From an uncultured virus (IMG/VR IMGVR_UViG_3300006137_000088) (taxonomy: Duplodnaviria > Heunggongvirae > Uroviricota > Caudoviricetes), in IMG/VR virus record IMGVR_UViG_3300006137_000088: DNA of 64,000 nt; one strand, 5' to 3'. Below are positions 55,706 through 64,000 of the stretch, piece after piece (positions within the stretch are counted from its first letter, which is position 1; each line of letters opens with the position of its first letter). The position numbers were made by a program, and so were the translations under genes. Below the pieces are notes generated by a model, which saw nothing but the letters and a program-made list of their open reading frames with translations, made no database searches and was not told the DNA's origin.

Positions 55706-57466
55706 ATGAAAGAGGTAGTATCATTAAAAGAATGGCTGGATAACCATAATATCACTTATTCTTTGCGTAAGGACGTGGTTGTCATTCCTGGATTTGGCCG
55801 TTGTCTTATTCAGGATGATTATGACCACATCTTCAAACAGACTAAAGAGGGGAATGTGGTATTCAACAGCATTGAGAATTATTCTTATCTGATTGCAGAT
55901 GAGATATATTATATAGTTTTTCCATTTGGTTGTCGGTGGTTTTACATTGATGTCCGCAAAGATCCATCGGAAGTTCAATTCAAAATACTGCGCTATGTTG
56001 GCAATACCCCTACATTCCAACATGAATGTGAATTTTATCCTTTAGGTATTCATTCCGGATATGAGCTATTGAATGGCAGTGGCTTATTGAAAGACTGGTG
56101 TACTAAGGCTAAGTTTTTAGGCTACAAAGGGCTGGCTGTGGCAGATAGGAACACTATGGCTGCATCTTTGGATTTACAGCAGTCAGCTACTGATGCCGGA
56201 TTAAAATATTGCTTCGGATATTCATTAACCGTGCGTACTGGCAAGGATAAGGTCGGAGTAAAGCTCTACTCAGCTACACAACAGGGGTTTAAGAATATGT
56301 TGCGTATTCAAAAAGCCATTGCTGTTGATAACTATGAGACAAAGGAGATAGACCTAATCACTCTTCTTAATCTTGCTGAAGGCAATACCTTGGTGTTTGA
56401 TAAGTGGAGTGGCCATTGGCTTACCGAAAATAAGAACGCCCTTCAGGATTTTGTTGAAGCATTTGATGGTTGGGTATTCTTTCAGGTTGACACTTCAGAA
56501 TATCGAGCCGACAGAATTGACTCTGCATTATTGCAAAGCCAAAAGGCATTTTTCGACAACTTTTATCAGGGTAATCTGGAGTATTCAATGAATATTCGCC
56601 CAGTTATGATTCAAGATGTTTATTATCTTGATAAAGAGGATTGGCGCACTAAAGTTATTCTCAATAAGGTTGATACTGGAGCAGCTCACGAGCAATCATA
56701 TAAGCAATATCTCAAAACGATTGATGAGATATATGATGAGTTCCGCACTCTCTTCTCCGATAGATATGACGATGAAGTTTTCTATGATATGTGTGAAGCG
56801 ACTGCCGACATCATTGAGAACGCTTCGGCTGCTTATGATCTTAGCGATAACTATGCCCCCAAGTATGATATGACTCCCCAGGAACGTGAGAAGTATGGCG
56901 ATACTTTAACTATGTTCCGATCATTGATTGAGGAAGGATTTAAGAAGCTGGTTCCTGAAGGAGAGGAAGAAGCGTATCGTAAGCGTGTCGAATATGAGAA
57001 GTACGTTATTGAAAGCACCGATAATGTTGATTATTTTCTCATCCAGAGAGATGAACTGAATTGGGCCCAGGAAAATGGTATCTTGACTGGAATTGGTCGA
57101 GGTTCTGCCGGTGGGTGCCTACTACTCTATCTTATGGGTATCACATTTATTGATCCCCTGAAATATGATTTGATTTTTGAGCGTTTCTTGTTGCCGGAGC
57201 GCGCCGGTCTGGAGCCGGATAAGGTAACTGTTATGGCCGATGATATAGAGTCCTCAGATTACTTTGAGTTGGCCTTAGATGATGATAAGATACTCTTGCT
57301 CGATAAGGATGCTGAGTTAGTTGTGATCAGAAATGGTGAGCAGCTAACCGTATATGCAGATGAGTTGCAAGAAGGTGATGACATTCAGTTCGATAACTGT
57401 GATATACTTCACACCTTACCCAAGAAACTTCTGCATGAAAATTCGAGCAATAACTCACAAAACTAA
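55706..57466 (+). CDS. dnaE: DNA polymerase III alpha (DnaE), N-terminal half
   Basis: PHP-like domain, DYFLI, GIGRGSAGG, IDPLKYDLIFERFL; ends in an intein-like fragment. Confidence 0.9.
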   Translation: MKEVVSLKEWLDNHNITYSLRKDVVVIPGFGRCLIQDDYDHIFKQTKEGNVVFNSIENYSYLIADEIYYIVFPFGCRWFYIDVRKDPSEVQFKILRYVGNTPTFQHECEFYPLGIHSGYELLNGSGLLKDWCTKAKFLGYKGLAVADRNTMAASLDLQQSATDAGLKYCFGYSLTVRTGKDKVGVKLYSATQQGFKNMLRIQKAIAVDNYETKEIDLITLLNLAEGNTLVFDKWSGHWLTENKNALQDFVEAFDGWVFFQVDTSEYRADRIDSALLQSQKAFFDNFYQGNLEYSMNIRPVMIQDVYYLDKEDWRTKVILNKVDTGAAHEQSYKQYLKTIDEIYDEFRTLFSDRYDDEVFYDMCEATADIIENASAAYDLSDNYAPKYDMTPQEREKYGDTLTMFRSLIEEGFKKLVPEGEEEAYRKRVEYEKYVIESTDNVDYFLIQRDELNWAQENGILTGIGRGSAGGCLLLYLMGITFIDPLKYDLIFERFLLPERAGLEPDKVTVMADDIESSDYFELALDDDKILLLDKDAELVVIRNGEQLTVYADELQEGDDIQFDNCDILHTLPKKLLHENSSNNSQN

Positions 57467-60431
57467 TACCTCTCTTGTTTCAGATTGCTATGCCGGCGAT
57501 GGATATGTGAAACGCAATCACGGCTCTCTCCCTGATATTGATTCTGACTTCAGTGCGGTTCGCCGTGATGAGGTAAAAGCATATCTGGAAAGACGCTATA
57601 ACAAAGATGGTCTCCAGCGTGTCTTTTCAGCTGGTACATTTACAACTGAGAAGATAAAGTCAGTCATCAAAGATGTGGCCAGAACCCACAAAATATCTCA
57701 GGCTACCACTAATTATCTGACAGCGATACTGGATGATAATATGACGTGGACTGACCTTATGAAAATGGCTTCTACCGACAAACGTATGAGGGATTTCATT
57801 CAGAAATATCCTGACGTGTTTGAGGAAATACTGCCGATTATGGGTCAGGCTCGCTCTGCTGGTATTCACGCCTCCGCACTCATCATCACCCCAGAATATG
57901 TCAAAGGTGAGCGTGTAGAGTGTTTTGACCTATTGCCTATCCGAAAGATGGGCGACCTATTGGTATCTGAGATTTCAGGCAACGATATTGATGCTATCGG
58001 TATTTTGAAGAATGACGTGTTGGGCATTAAGGAGCTTACCAGACTTTCAGATACGCTCAATCTTGTTGAGAGTGAGTATGGTGTCAAGTATAATATTCTT
58101 GAAATCGCTTCTAAGTACCTGAATGATGAAAAGGTATTTAAGATCATTCGTGACGGCAATACTCAGGGTGTGTTCCAGATGGGTGGTGAAGGCATTACTA
58201 AGTTTATCAAACGTCTGGCTCCAGACAATATTAATGACCTAATCGCTTCAGTTGCGCTTTTCCGTCCAGGCCCTCTCGATTCAGGAGCTGCCGACAACTA
58301 TGTTCGTGCAAAGCGAGGTGAATATGAGCCTACCTATTTATGGGGAACTTATGAAATCTTGAAAGATACTTTCGCTCAGATGGTTTATCAGGAGCAGATT
58401 TCGCGTGTGGCCCAAAAGGTCGGTGGCCTTAGTCTTGGTGACGGTGTGAATCTTGTAAAGGCTTTGAGTAAGAAAAAGCTGGAGAAGGTTCGTAAGTTTC
58501 AAGCTAAGTTCTTTGCCGGAGCCAAGCAAAACGGGTGTCCTAAAGAAGCTGCTGATCAAATCTGGAGCAATGTAGAGGATGCGGCAAAGTATTCTTTCAA
58601 TGCTTGTATCGCCGGCCACGAATACTTGTGGGGCCGACATAAGGAAAAAGGTGCTGGCACTCGTATCAATATTGGTGATATGTGGCGTACCAAAAACGAC
58701 TATGAATGGGCCAAAGCTAACAATAGGCTCGGACTTAGAAATAAGTATCGTAAGTTTGGTTACGGCACTTGTTGGTCTTTGAATGAAGATGAGAAGCTGG
58801 TCATCAATCGTATTGTGGATATACGTTATCAGGGTGTTCGCCCAGTTTATCGTATTACATTGGCAAATGGCAGTACGATTGATGTAACCGACAACCATAA
58901 ACATCCAACATTGGATGGCCAAAAGCGTACTGATGAGCTTATCCCCGGAGAGGATTTTATGTATATCCGTGTGGGTTGGATTAAGGAAGATACAACCTAT
59001 AGGTTTACTGACAAGGGTAAATTGAATAATCCTCGGTATCATTCTAATGATAATGTGGAGGCCCATAGCATTAATGCACAGAAAGGTCATCAGGGTTTTA
59101 TGACTCGTGATTCCAATTATACAAAGCTGGAGTATGATAAGCAGCATCTGAAGAAAGATCACTGTGAGAAATGTGGTAAGCATTTGAAGCGACTGGAGAT
59201 TCATCATATCAATGGTGATCATTCAGATGTTGGTGAGAACTATTCCAATATTCAGACTCTATGCCCCAGTTGTCATAAGAAAGCTCACTATGAGATGGGG
59301 CGTGTAAAAATGGGGCGTAAGGGCCTTGGCACTGCTGCTGTGCAGGTAGTTTCAGTGGAATATCTTTGCGATACGGCAGTGTATGATGTAGAAATGGAAC
59401 ATCCCTATCATACTTTCCTTACTGGGAAGGGGGTAGTGACGTGCAATTCTCACGCTACAGCTTATGGGTTGACGGCTTATGTTGGTGCATGGCTCAAAAC
59501 TTACTATCCGACCGCTTTCTATACTGTAGTTTTACGCGACCAAGATGAGGATAAGATGGCGGTTCTTATGAATGAAATCAAGACTGTCGGTGGCACGGAG
59601 CTGGAGAAACCAAATATCAACATCTCAGGTGAAAATTTCACGGCAGACTTCAAAAATAATAAGATTTACTGGTCTTTATCTCGCATTAAGCAATTAGGCC
59701 CTAAAGCGGTAAAGTATATCGTTCAGGAGCGCAATCTGTATGGTGAGTTTTATGACCTGGAAGATTTTATCAAGCGTATCTTCAAAAGCAAGTTCAAAAA
59801 CTTTGATGATGAAGGAACGGCAGAGACTCGTGAACGCTGCCCGGTAACAGCAAGAAGCGTCCGCAATCTGATTTTTGCAGGAGCCTTTGACGCTTGCGAA
59901 AATGTTGGCTCAGTCCTGGAACGATATGGCCTATTAGAAAAGGCTGCTACTCTTTTAGGATTTAAGCTGACTGAGAAGGATATTCCTGAAGAAATGCGAG
60001 ATAAGCATTACTGGTGGAGCCGTCAGCAAATCACTGTTTCTGGTCACGGCACTATTGATTATCGTAGGATCTATGATAATATGGAGAAGCCAAAGAGTGT
60101 TTCAGCAAACAAGTACATCGAGTTCTCAGACCTCAGTAATATGTTCTATGAGGTCAGAAAAGGTGTCATTTGTGCAGCCATCTGTTCTGTGACTGATAAA
60201 TCCTATAAGGATAAGCGAACTGGCGAAACCAAGCACTTTGGCAAAATCGAGCTTCAGCAGAACACAGAGACCAATATCCTTACTATCTGGGATGATTGGG
60301 ATATTTGGAAAAAGGAGCTGAAGAAAGCAGAGGGTCGAATGATTGTGGCAGTGGTGAATGTAAAATGGAGTGATTACGATGAGAAGAACACTCTTCAAAT
60401 CGGTAGAAGTTCATTCTTAAAGTTGATTTGA
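57435..60431 (+). CDS. dnaE: DNA polymerase III alpha (DnaE), C-terminal half with intein
   Basis: SLPDIDSDF, GIHASA, KNDVLG, GVFQ, ALFRPGP, YQEQ, SHATAY; likely start MKIRAI. Confidence 0.9.
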   Translation: MKIRAITHKTNTSLVSDCYAGDGYVKRNHGSLPDIDSDFSAVRRDEVKAYLERRYNKDGLQRVFSAGTFTTEKIKSVIKDVARTHKISQATTNYLTAILDDNMTWTDLMKMASTDKRMRDFIQKYPDVFEEILPIMGQARSAGIHASALIITPEYVKGERVECFDLLPIRKMGDLLVSEISGNDIDAIGILKNDVLGIKELTRLSDTLNLVESEYGVKYNILEIASKYLNDEKVFKIIRDGNTQGVFQMGGEGITKFIKRLAPDNINDLIASVALFRPGPLDSGAADNYVRAKRGEYEPTYLWGTYEILKDTFAQMVYQEQISRVAQKVGGLSLGDGVNLVKALSKKKLEKVRKFQAKFFAGAKQNGCPKEAADQIWSNVEDAAKYSFNACIAGHEYLWGRHKEKGAGTRINIGDMWRTKNDYEWAKANNRLGLRNKYRKFGYGTCWSLNEDEKLVINRIVDIRYQGVRPVYRITLANGSTIDVTDNHKHPTLDGQKRTDELIPGEDFMYIRVGWIKEDTTYRFTDKGKLNNPRYHSNDNVEAHSINAQKGHQGFMTRDSNYTKLEYDKQHLKKDHCEKCGKHLKRLEIHHINGDHSDVGENYSNIQTLCPSCHKKAHYEMGRVKMGRKGLGTAAVQVVSVEYLCDTAVYDVEMEHPYHTFLTGKGVVTCNSHATAYGLTAYVGAWLKTYYPTAFYTVVLRDQDEDKMAVLMNEIKTVGGTELEKPNINISGENFTADFKNNKIYWSLSRIKQLGPKAVKYIVQERNLYGEFYDLEDFIKRIFKSKFKNFDDEGTAETRERCPVTARSVRNLIFAGAFDACENVGSVLERYGLLEKAATLLGFKLTEKDIPEEMRDKHYWWSRQQITVSGHGTIDYRRIYDNMEKPKSVSANKYIEFSDLSNMFYEVRKGVICAAICSVTDKSYKDKRTGETKHFGKIELQQNTETNILTIWDDWDIWKKELKKAEGRMIVAVVNVKWSDYDEKNTLQIGRSSFLKLI
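58605..59447 (+). mobile_element. Intein with HNH homing endonuclease in DnaE
   Basis: YSFNA|CIAG...VTDNHK...CEKC..EIHHINGD...N...LCPSCHKKAH...VYDVEM...HTFL...VVTCN|SHATAY; 281 aa. Confidence 0.9.
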
Positions 60432-60432
60432 T

Positions 60433-61332
60433 ATGTCGTTTCTTATTGATATACGCGAGGAACTGGATGATCAGATTCAGAAACAGCTTCGCAAGTTTAG
60501 GCAAGAATGTGCTGGTACCGGCTATAATGGCTGGTACCGGATTCAAGCCGCCATTGCTAAAGCTCGTGATTTGACCATTTACCACGATAAGATTGAGAAT
60601 TACATAATGCCCAATCTTTTTGATGAGAATGGAGATGCGATTGCGTGGTATCACTGGCGTGACCCCCAGCAAGTTCAGGTCAATATGATAAAACGTAATC
60701 TGCAAACATCCTCCAAACCCAGCAGAAAACGTGGTCGTGTCACTCCGACCAGACTACGGATGCTGATGAAGGAGATTCTGGACTATAGAATAAACGAATA
60801 CTTAAATCCCAAACAAGATATGGCTAAACTTAAAATTCTGTGTATTGTAGGTGGTTCAGGCTGTGGCAAGACTTTAGCCTCATTGCACCTCAAATACCAC
60901 AAGGATGCAAATGTGATTTGCTCCTTCACCACCAGACCCCCCAGACCTACGGAAGTGGAGGGGAGAGACCACCATTTCATTGACATTGTACCAGACCGAA
61001 CAGAGCTGATTGCTTATGCTCATTTTGGTGGATATTATTACTATGCTACCAAATGGCAGGTATTTGGTCCTTGCACCGTCTATGTCATTGATGAGAAGGG
61101 ACTTGAAAATCTGCGTAATGACTTTGGTGATGTCTATGACATCTACACTGTCTTGATTAAGCGAGATAAGGCTCTTCGCCGGAAATCTGGCATTGATGAA
61201 ACTCGCTTGCGTCGAGATGAACGTCGTGACCTGAAAGATGAGGATTATGACTATGTGATTATCAATAACGGCAAGAAAGCAGCTCTTTTTGAGAGCATTG
61301 AGTGTATCTACGAAGAAATCAAAAACAAGTAA
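60433..61332 (+). CDS. Guanylate kinase-like protein with N-terminal extension
   Basis: GGSGCGKT, SFTTRPPRPTEVEGRDHHF; internal MAKLKILC may be a second start. Confidence 0.8.
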   Translation: MSFLIDIREELDDQIQKQLRKFRQECAGTGYNGWYRIQAAIAKARDLTIYHDKIENYIMPNLFDENGDAIAWYHWRDPQQVQVNMIKRNLQTSSKPSRKRGRVTPTRLRMLMKEILDYRINEYLNPKQDMAKLKILCIVGGSGCGKTLASLHLKYHKDANVICSFTTRPPRPTEVEGRDHHFIDIVPDRTELIAYAHFGGYYYYATKWQVFGPCTVYVIDEKGLENLRNDFGDVYDIYTVLIKRDKALRRKSGIDETRLRRDERRDLKDEDYDYVIINNGKKAALFESIECIYEEIKNK

Positions 61333-61333
61333 T

Positions 61334-62116
61334 ATGGCAGCTCCCGTAGAAAAAAGCAACGTAGTGGTTGCTATTGTGTATGACTTTGAAACTGGAGGGT
61401 TGGATTGCACCAAGAGCGCAGCCACTCAGATTTCTCTTCATGCAGTCCGTCTTGATACCTTTGAAGTAACTGAGAAATACTCGGCTTACATCTATCCTTA
61501 TAGTAAGAAGGCCGATCTTGGCAAACCAAAGAAAAAGGTTCTCAAAAATAAGTATGACACCGAAGAAGAAGAGCTGATGGAGTATAGCTCTACTGCCCTG
61601 GATATAAGTGGTGTGACAATGGATTTGCTTTATCAGATGGGCAAGCCTATAGAGGATGTCTGCAATGAGATATGTGATTTCATTGAAAGGAATACTCTTC
61701 CAGTTGTGGCCGGCAATAAGCCATTTATGGTTGGCCAAAATCCGCTGTTTGATAACGGTTTTATGCAGCAGATTATGCTTTATACTGGGATATGGTCTCG
61801 TTTCATTAAACTTGTTCGTGGCCATAAGGATTTCTGGGGCAATTTCCAACCCACCCAGCTTGATACGATTTTATTATCTCAGCTCACCTTTGATAACGAT
61901 AAAAGTATCACTACTTGGAAACTGGAAGCAATGGCAGAGCGTCTGGGTATTGATCTGGATGATGCTCACGATGCAGATGCTGATGTTACGGCCACCAGAG
62001 AAATTCTCAGGGTACTTACGGCAAGAATGAGAGAGCAATCAGCTGGTGGAGGTACTGCTATCGGAAGTCTGGCGGCTGAGAAGCGAGAAAAACTTAGAGA
62101 TCATTTCAAAATATAA
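61334..62116 (+). CDS. DEDDh 3'-5' exonuclease (DnaQ-like)
   Basis: DFETGG, GQNPLFD, HDADADV. Confidence 0.88.
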   Translation: MAAPVEKSNVVVAIVYDFETGGLDCTKSAATQISLHAVRLDTFEVTEKYSAYIYPYSKKADLGKPKKKVLKNKYDTEEEELMEYSSTALDISGVTMDLLYQMGKPIEDVCNEICDFIERNTLPVVAGNKPFMVGQNPLFDNGFMQQIMLYTGIWSRFIKLVRGHKDFWGNFQPTQLDTILLSQLTFDNDKSITTWKLEAMAERLGIDLDDAHDADADVTATREILRVLTARMREQSAGGGTAIGSLAAEKREKLRDHFKI

Positions 62117-62119
62117 CTT

Positions 62120-62632
62120 ATGAAGAGCAATTTTCAATTCGATAAAAAGACTGGTACGATGGTGCCGGCCAGTGATGCGGTAGCTCAGGGCATTAAGGCA
62201 AATGTTCATAAGGAGGTGGTTGAGTCGAAATCTGACAAGACCACCACCCAGCCTCAGTTTCAGCAAGAGAAGAAGATTGATGTTAAGGCCGATACTGTCA
62301 ATATCAATCGTAATCCAGTTGTTCAGATGAAACGTGTGGGCCATAACACCCCTATACAGTTGATTGATGAGAATGGTATGCCAGAGGCTTATCTCGACTC
62401 AACCACAACTGGAGTGATGATGTTCCGGGAGAGAGAGGATTATGACATCTGCCAGATCAGTGATGAAAAGACAGGTAAGGTTCTCGCATACATCGGTGGA
62501 TATGCCCTTCAGTTCAATTTCAATATGGCAGAATTGAATACGATGGAGCGTATTGAGCAATGTTTGCAAGGACTTGTAAAACTTTTCCGACATCAGATAA
62601 TGAATCAAAATCTAAGGAACTCTAACCCTTAA
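62120..62632 (+). CDS. Hypothetical protein
   Basis: 170 aa in the operon. Confidence 0.7.
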   Translation: MKSNFQFDKKTGTMVPASDAVAQGIKANVHKEVVESKSDKTTTQPQFQQEKKIDVKADTVNINRNPVVQMKRVGHNTPIQLIDENGMPEAYLDSTTTGVMMFREREDYDICQISDEKTGKVLAYIGGYALQFNFNMAELNTMERIEQCLQGLVKLFRHQIMNQNLRNSNP

Positions 62633-62699
62633 CCGTAAGACACAGAGGCTTTGTGTGTAAGTTTTCTATTATCTATAAAGGAATAATTCAATATAGATA

Positions 62700-63242
62700 A
62701 TGGAAAATATAAAGCTCACAAACCTTGAAGAGAAGTTCTGCTTGGTCTTTGCTTGCGGGCCTTCTCCATATAACGGCAATGCACGAAAAACCTATGATCT
62801 CGTGTTTAACGGGAGCACAGGATTGCTTTATGACCCTTCAAAAGATGGTATAGACGAGCATACTCGGAATGAGGTGGAAACCTCTATTGCCGTTAGGACA
62901 CTTATGATGCGTGACGATATAAAGGACCGCATTGACCAGCTGAAAAGTGAAAATATGGTCAATGCGGCCACTTTGCGTCCGCGCCTGACTGAAACCCTTT
63001 TGAAGATTGCTGATGAGTGTTCAACTCTTCATGTAACTGACAGATGGGGTAATACTATGTCACCAGCCGCACTCCGTTCTGTTGCGGTCAACGCTATCTC
63101 AAAGCTCACCGATATGTATGGTATCAAAGAAGATATTGCGCATAAGGTTATGCTGGAGGGTGCTGATGGTGATGGCATCACATTTAACCTTATTGTGCCG
63201 GAGGCAAGTAAGGAAAATGGAATTGATAAAGTGATTGAATAA
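62700..63242 (+). CDS. Terminase small subunit-like protein
   Basis: LTNLEEKFC...GNA..TY, IKDRIDQL, AISKLTDMYG. Confidence 0.55.
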   Translation: MENIKLTNLEEKFCLVFACGPSPYNGNARKTYDLVFNGSTGLLYDPSKDGIDEHTRNEVETSIAVRTLMMRDDIKDRIDQLKSENMVNAATLRPRLTETLLKIADECSTLHVTDRWGNTMSPAALRSVAVNAISKLTDMYGIKEDIAHKVMLEGADGDGITFNLIVPEASKENGIDKVIE

Positions 63243-63262
63243 CAACTTAAAAATTTGATATA

Positions 63263-63592
63263 ATGGAAAGTAAGACAAATTCAATCATTGGAGATTTCAT
63301 AATCAATAATGCCAAGTCCATATTCACTTTCATTATATTTGTTTGCGGATTGTACATTCAGTACCAAGCAAGTATGATGAGAATTGACAATATGGAGAAA
63401 GAGATTGCCCAGATCAAAGTTCAGATTGACGATCAGTATGTCAAGCTCGACAATATGAAGCTCGACAAAGCTGTCTTTGAGGCAACGATGAGATCATTTA
63501 CTGATATGTCAACGGATATACGTCAGATCCGTGACAGATTAGAGGACATCCTCGGAGACCATCAACGTCATAATCCGCAAGCAAACAGATGA
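63263..63592 (+). CDS. Membrane-anchored coiled-coil protein (holin-like)
   Basis: TM IFTFIIFVCGLYI; near the lysin. Confidence 0.55.
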   Translation: MESKTNSIIGDFIINNAKSIFTFIIFVCGLYIQYQASMMRIDNMEKEIAQIKVQIDDQYVKLDNMKLDKAVFEATMRSFTDMSTDIRQIRDRLEDILGDHQRHNPQANR

Positions 63593-63849
63593 ATGAGCTA
63601 AAAGTCGGAGATAGAGTTACAATCCGATACTCCAAAAAATTGGAGCAGAATGGCAACAGCCTCCTTACAAACCGGACTGGCATTGTTACTCGGATTTTAT
63701 TTACCGGTGGAAATTTGACTGGAGCCTATGTGGATGTGAAAGTAATGAGACGTGTCAGGAACTACTACATTCCAATCAGCTCTATCGAAGGGCCGGATTT
63801 GATTAACAAAATGCGAACACTAAGCATATTAAAATCAACTGTATTATAA
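63589..63849 (+). CDS. Small KOW/SH3-like hypothetical protein
   Basis: LKVGDRVTI...TGIV. Confidence 0.6.
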   Translation: MNELKVGDRVTIRYSKKLEQNGNSLLTNRTGIVTRILFTGGNLTGAYVDVKVMRRVRNYYIPISSIEGPDLINKMRTLSILKSTVL

Positions 63850-63851
63850 CT

Positions 63852-64000
63852 ATGACTGTTTTGAAAATCGGTAGTAGAGGTGAAGAAGTAAAAACTCTAC
63901 AGAAGAAGCTAAACATTACAGCGGACGGTATCTTCGGAAAAGATACTGATGCAGCTGTTAAGGCATATCAGAAATCACATGGACTGACTGTTGATGGGAT
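63852..64000 (+). CDS. Peptidoglycan-binding domain protein (endolysin), partial
   Basis: MTVLKIGSRGEEVKTLQKKLNITADGIFGKDTDAAVKAYQKSHGLTVDG; runs off window. Confidence 0.8.
   Translation, partial: MTVLKIGSRGEEVKTLQKKLNITADGIFGKDTDAAVKAYQKSHGLTVDG

Noticed and set aside
48081..63849. Alternative genetic code (TAG recoding) in the outer phage
   Set aside because: Genes are full-length and densely packed under the standard code; the DnaE break is a frame change ending in TAA, not an in-frame TAG

Overview
Bacteroidales-type DNA (TAnnTTTG promoters throughout) in two nested layers. The outer layer (about 1-9602 and 47568-64000, AT-rich) is a large phage-like element. Its left arm carries small accessory genes, PcfK/AcrIIA9-like and PcfJ-like genes, an orphan DGR-type target gene and an unusual reverse transcriptase. 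Its right arm is a replication module: SbcD/SbcC-like nuclease pair, RuvC-like resolvase, sigma factor, helicase, primase, a split intein-bearing DnaE, a guanylate kinase-like protein and a DEDDh exonuclease, then TerS-like and lysis genes. An IS4-like element enters at the left edge. The inner layer (9603-47567, GC-rich) is an apparently complete Mu-like transposable myovirus prophage with a canonical DGR (115-bp TR/VR pair, 16 mismatches, all at TR adenines). The most striking unexplained structure is an 0.8-kb non-coding array directly downstream of the outer-element RT (2924-4198, YSDD). It has five units of about 170 nt, each a different long hairpin flanked by the same degenerate motif RYRYRT-NN-CTHTA-N5-TTGAT. 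This is a candidate RT plus multi-ncRNA-array system. Other highlights: a probable -1 frameshift fusing portal to a MuF-papain-fold toxin, a catalytically dead split-intein-like insert in DnaE, a ThyA homolog with the Asn-to-Asp dCMP determinant at the mom-equivalent position, an atypical tRNA-fMet-like gene, and prophage flanks that are two different 5'-truncated genes with no target-site duplication. All product calls come from motifs read by eye; no database searches were run.
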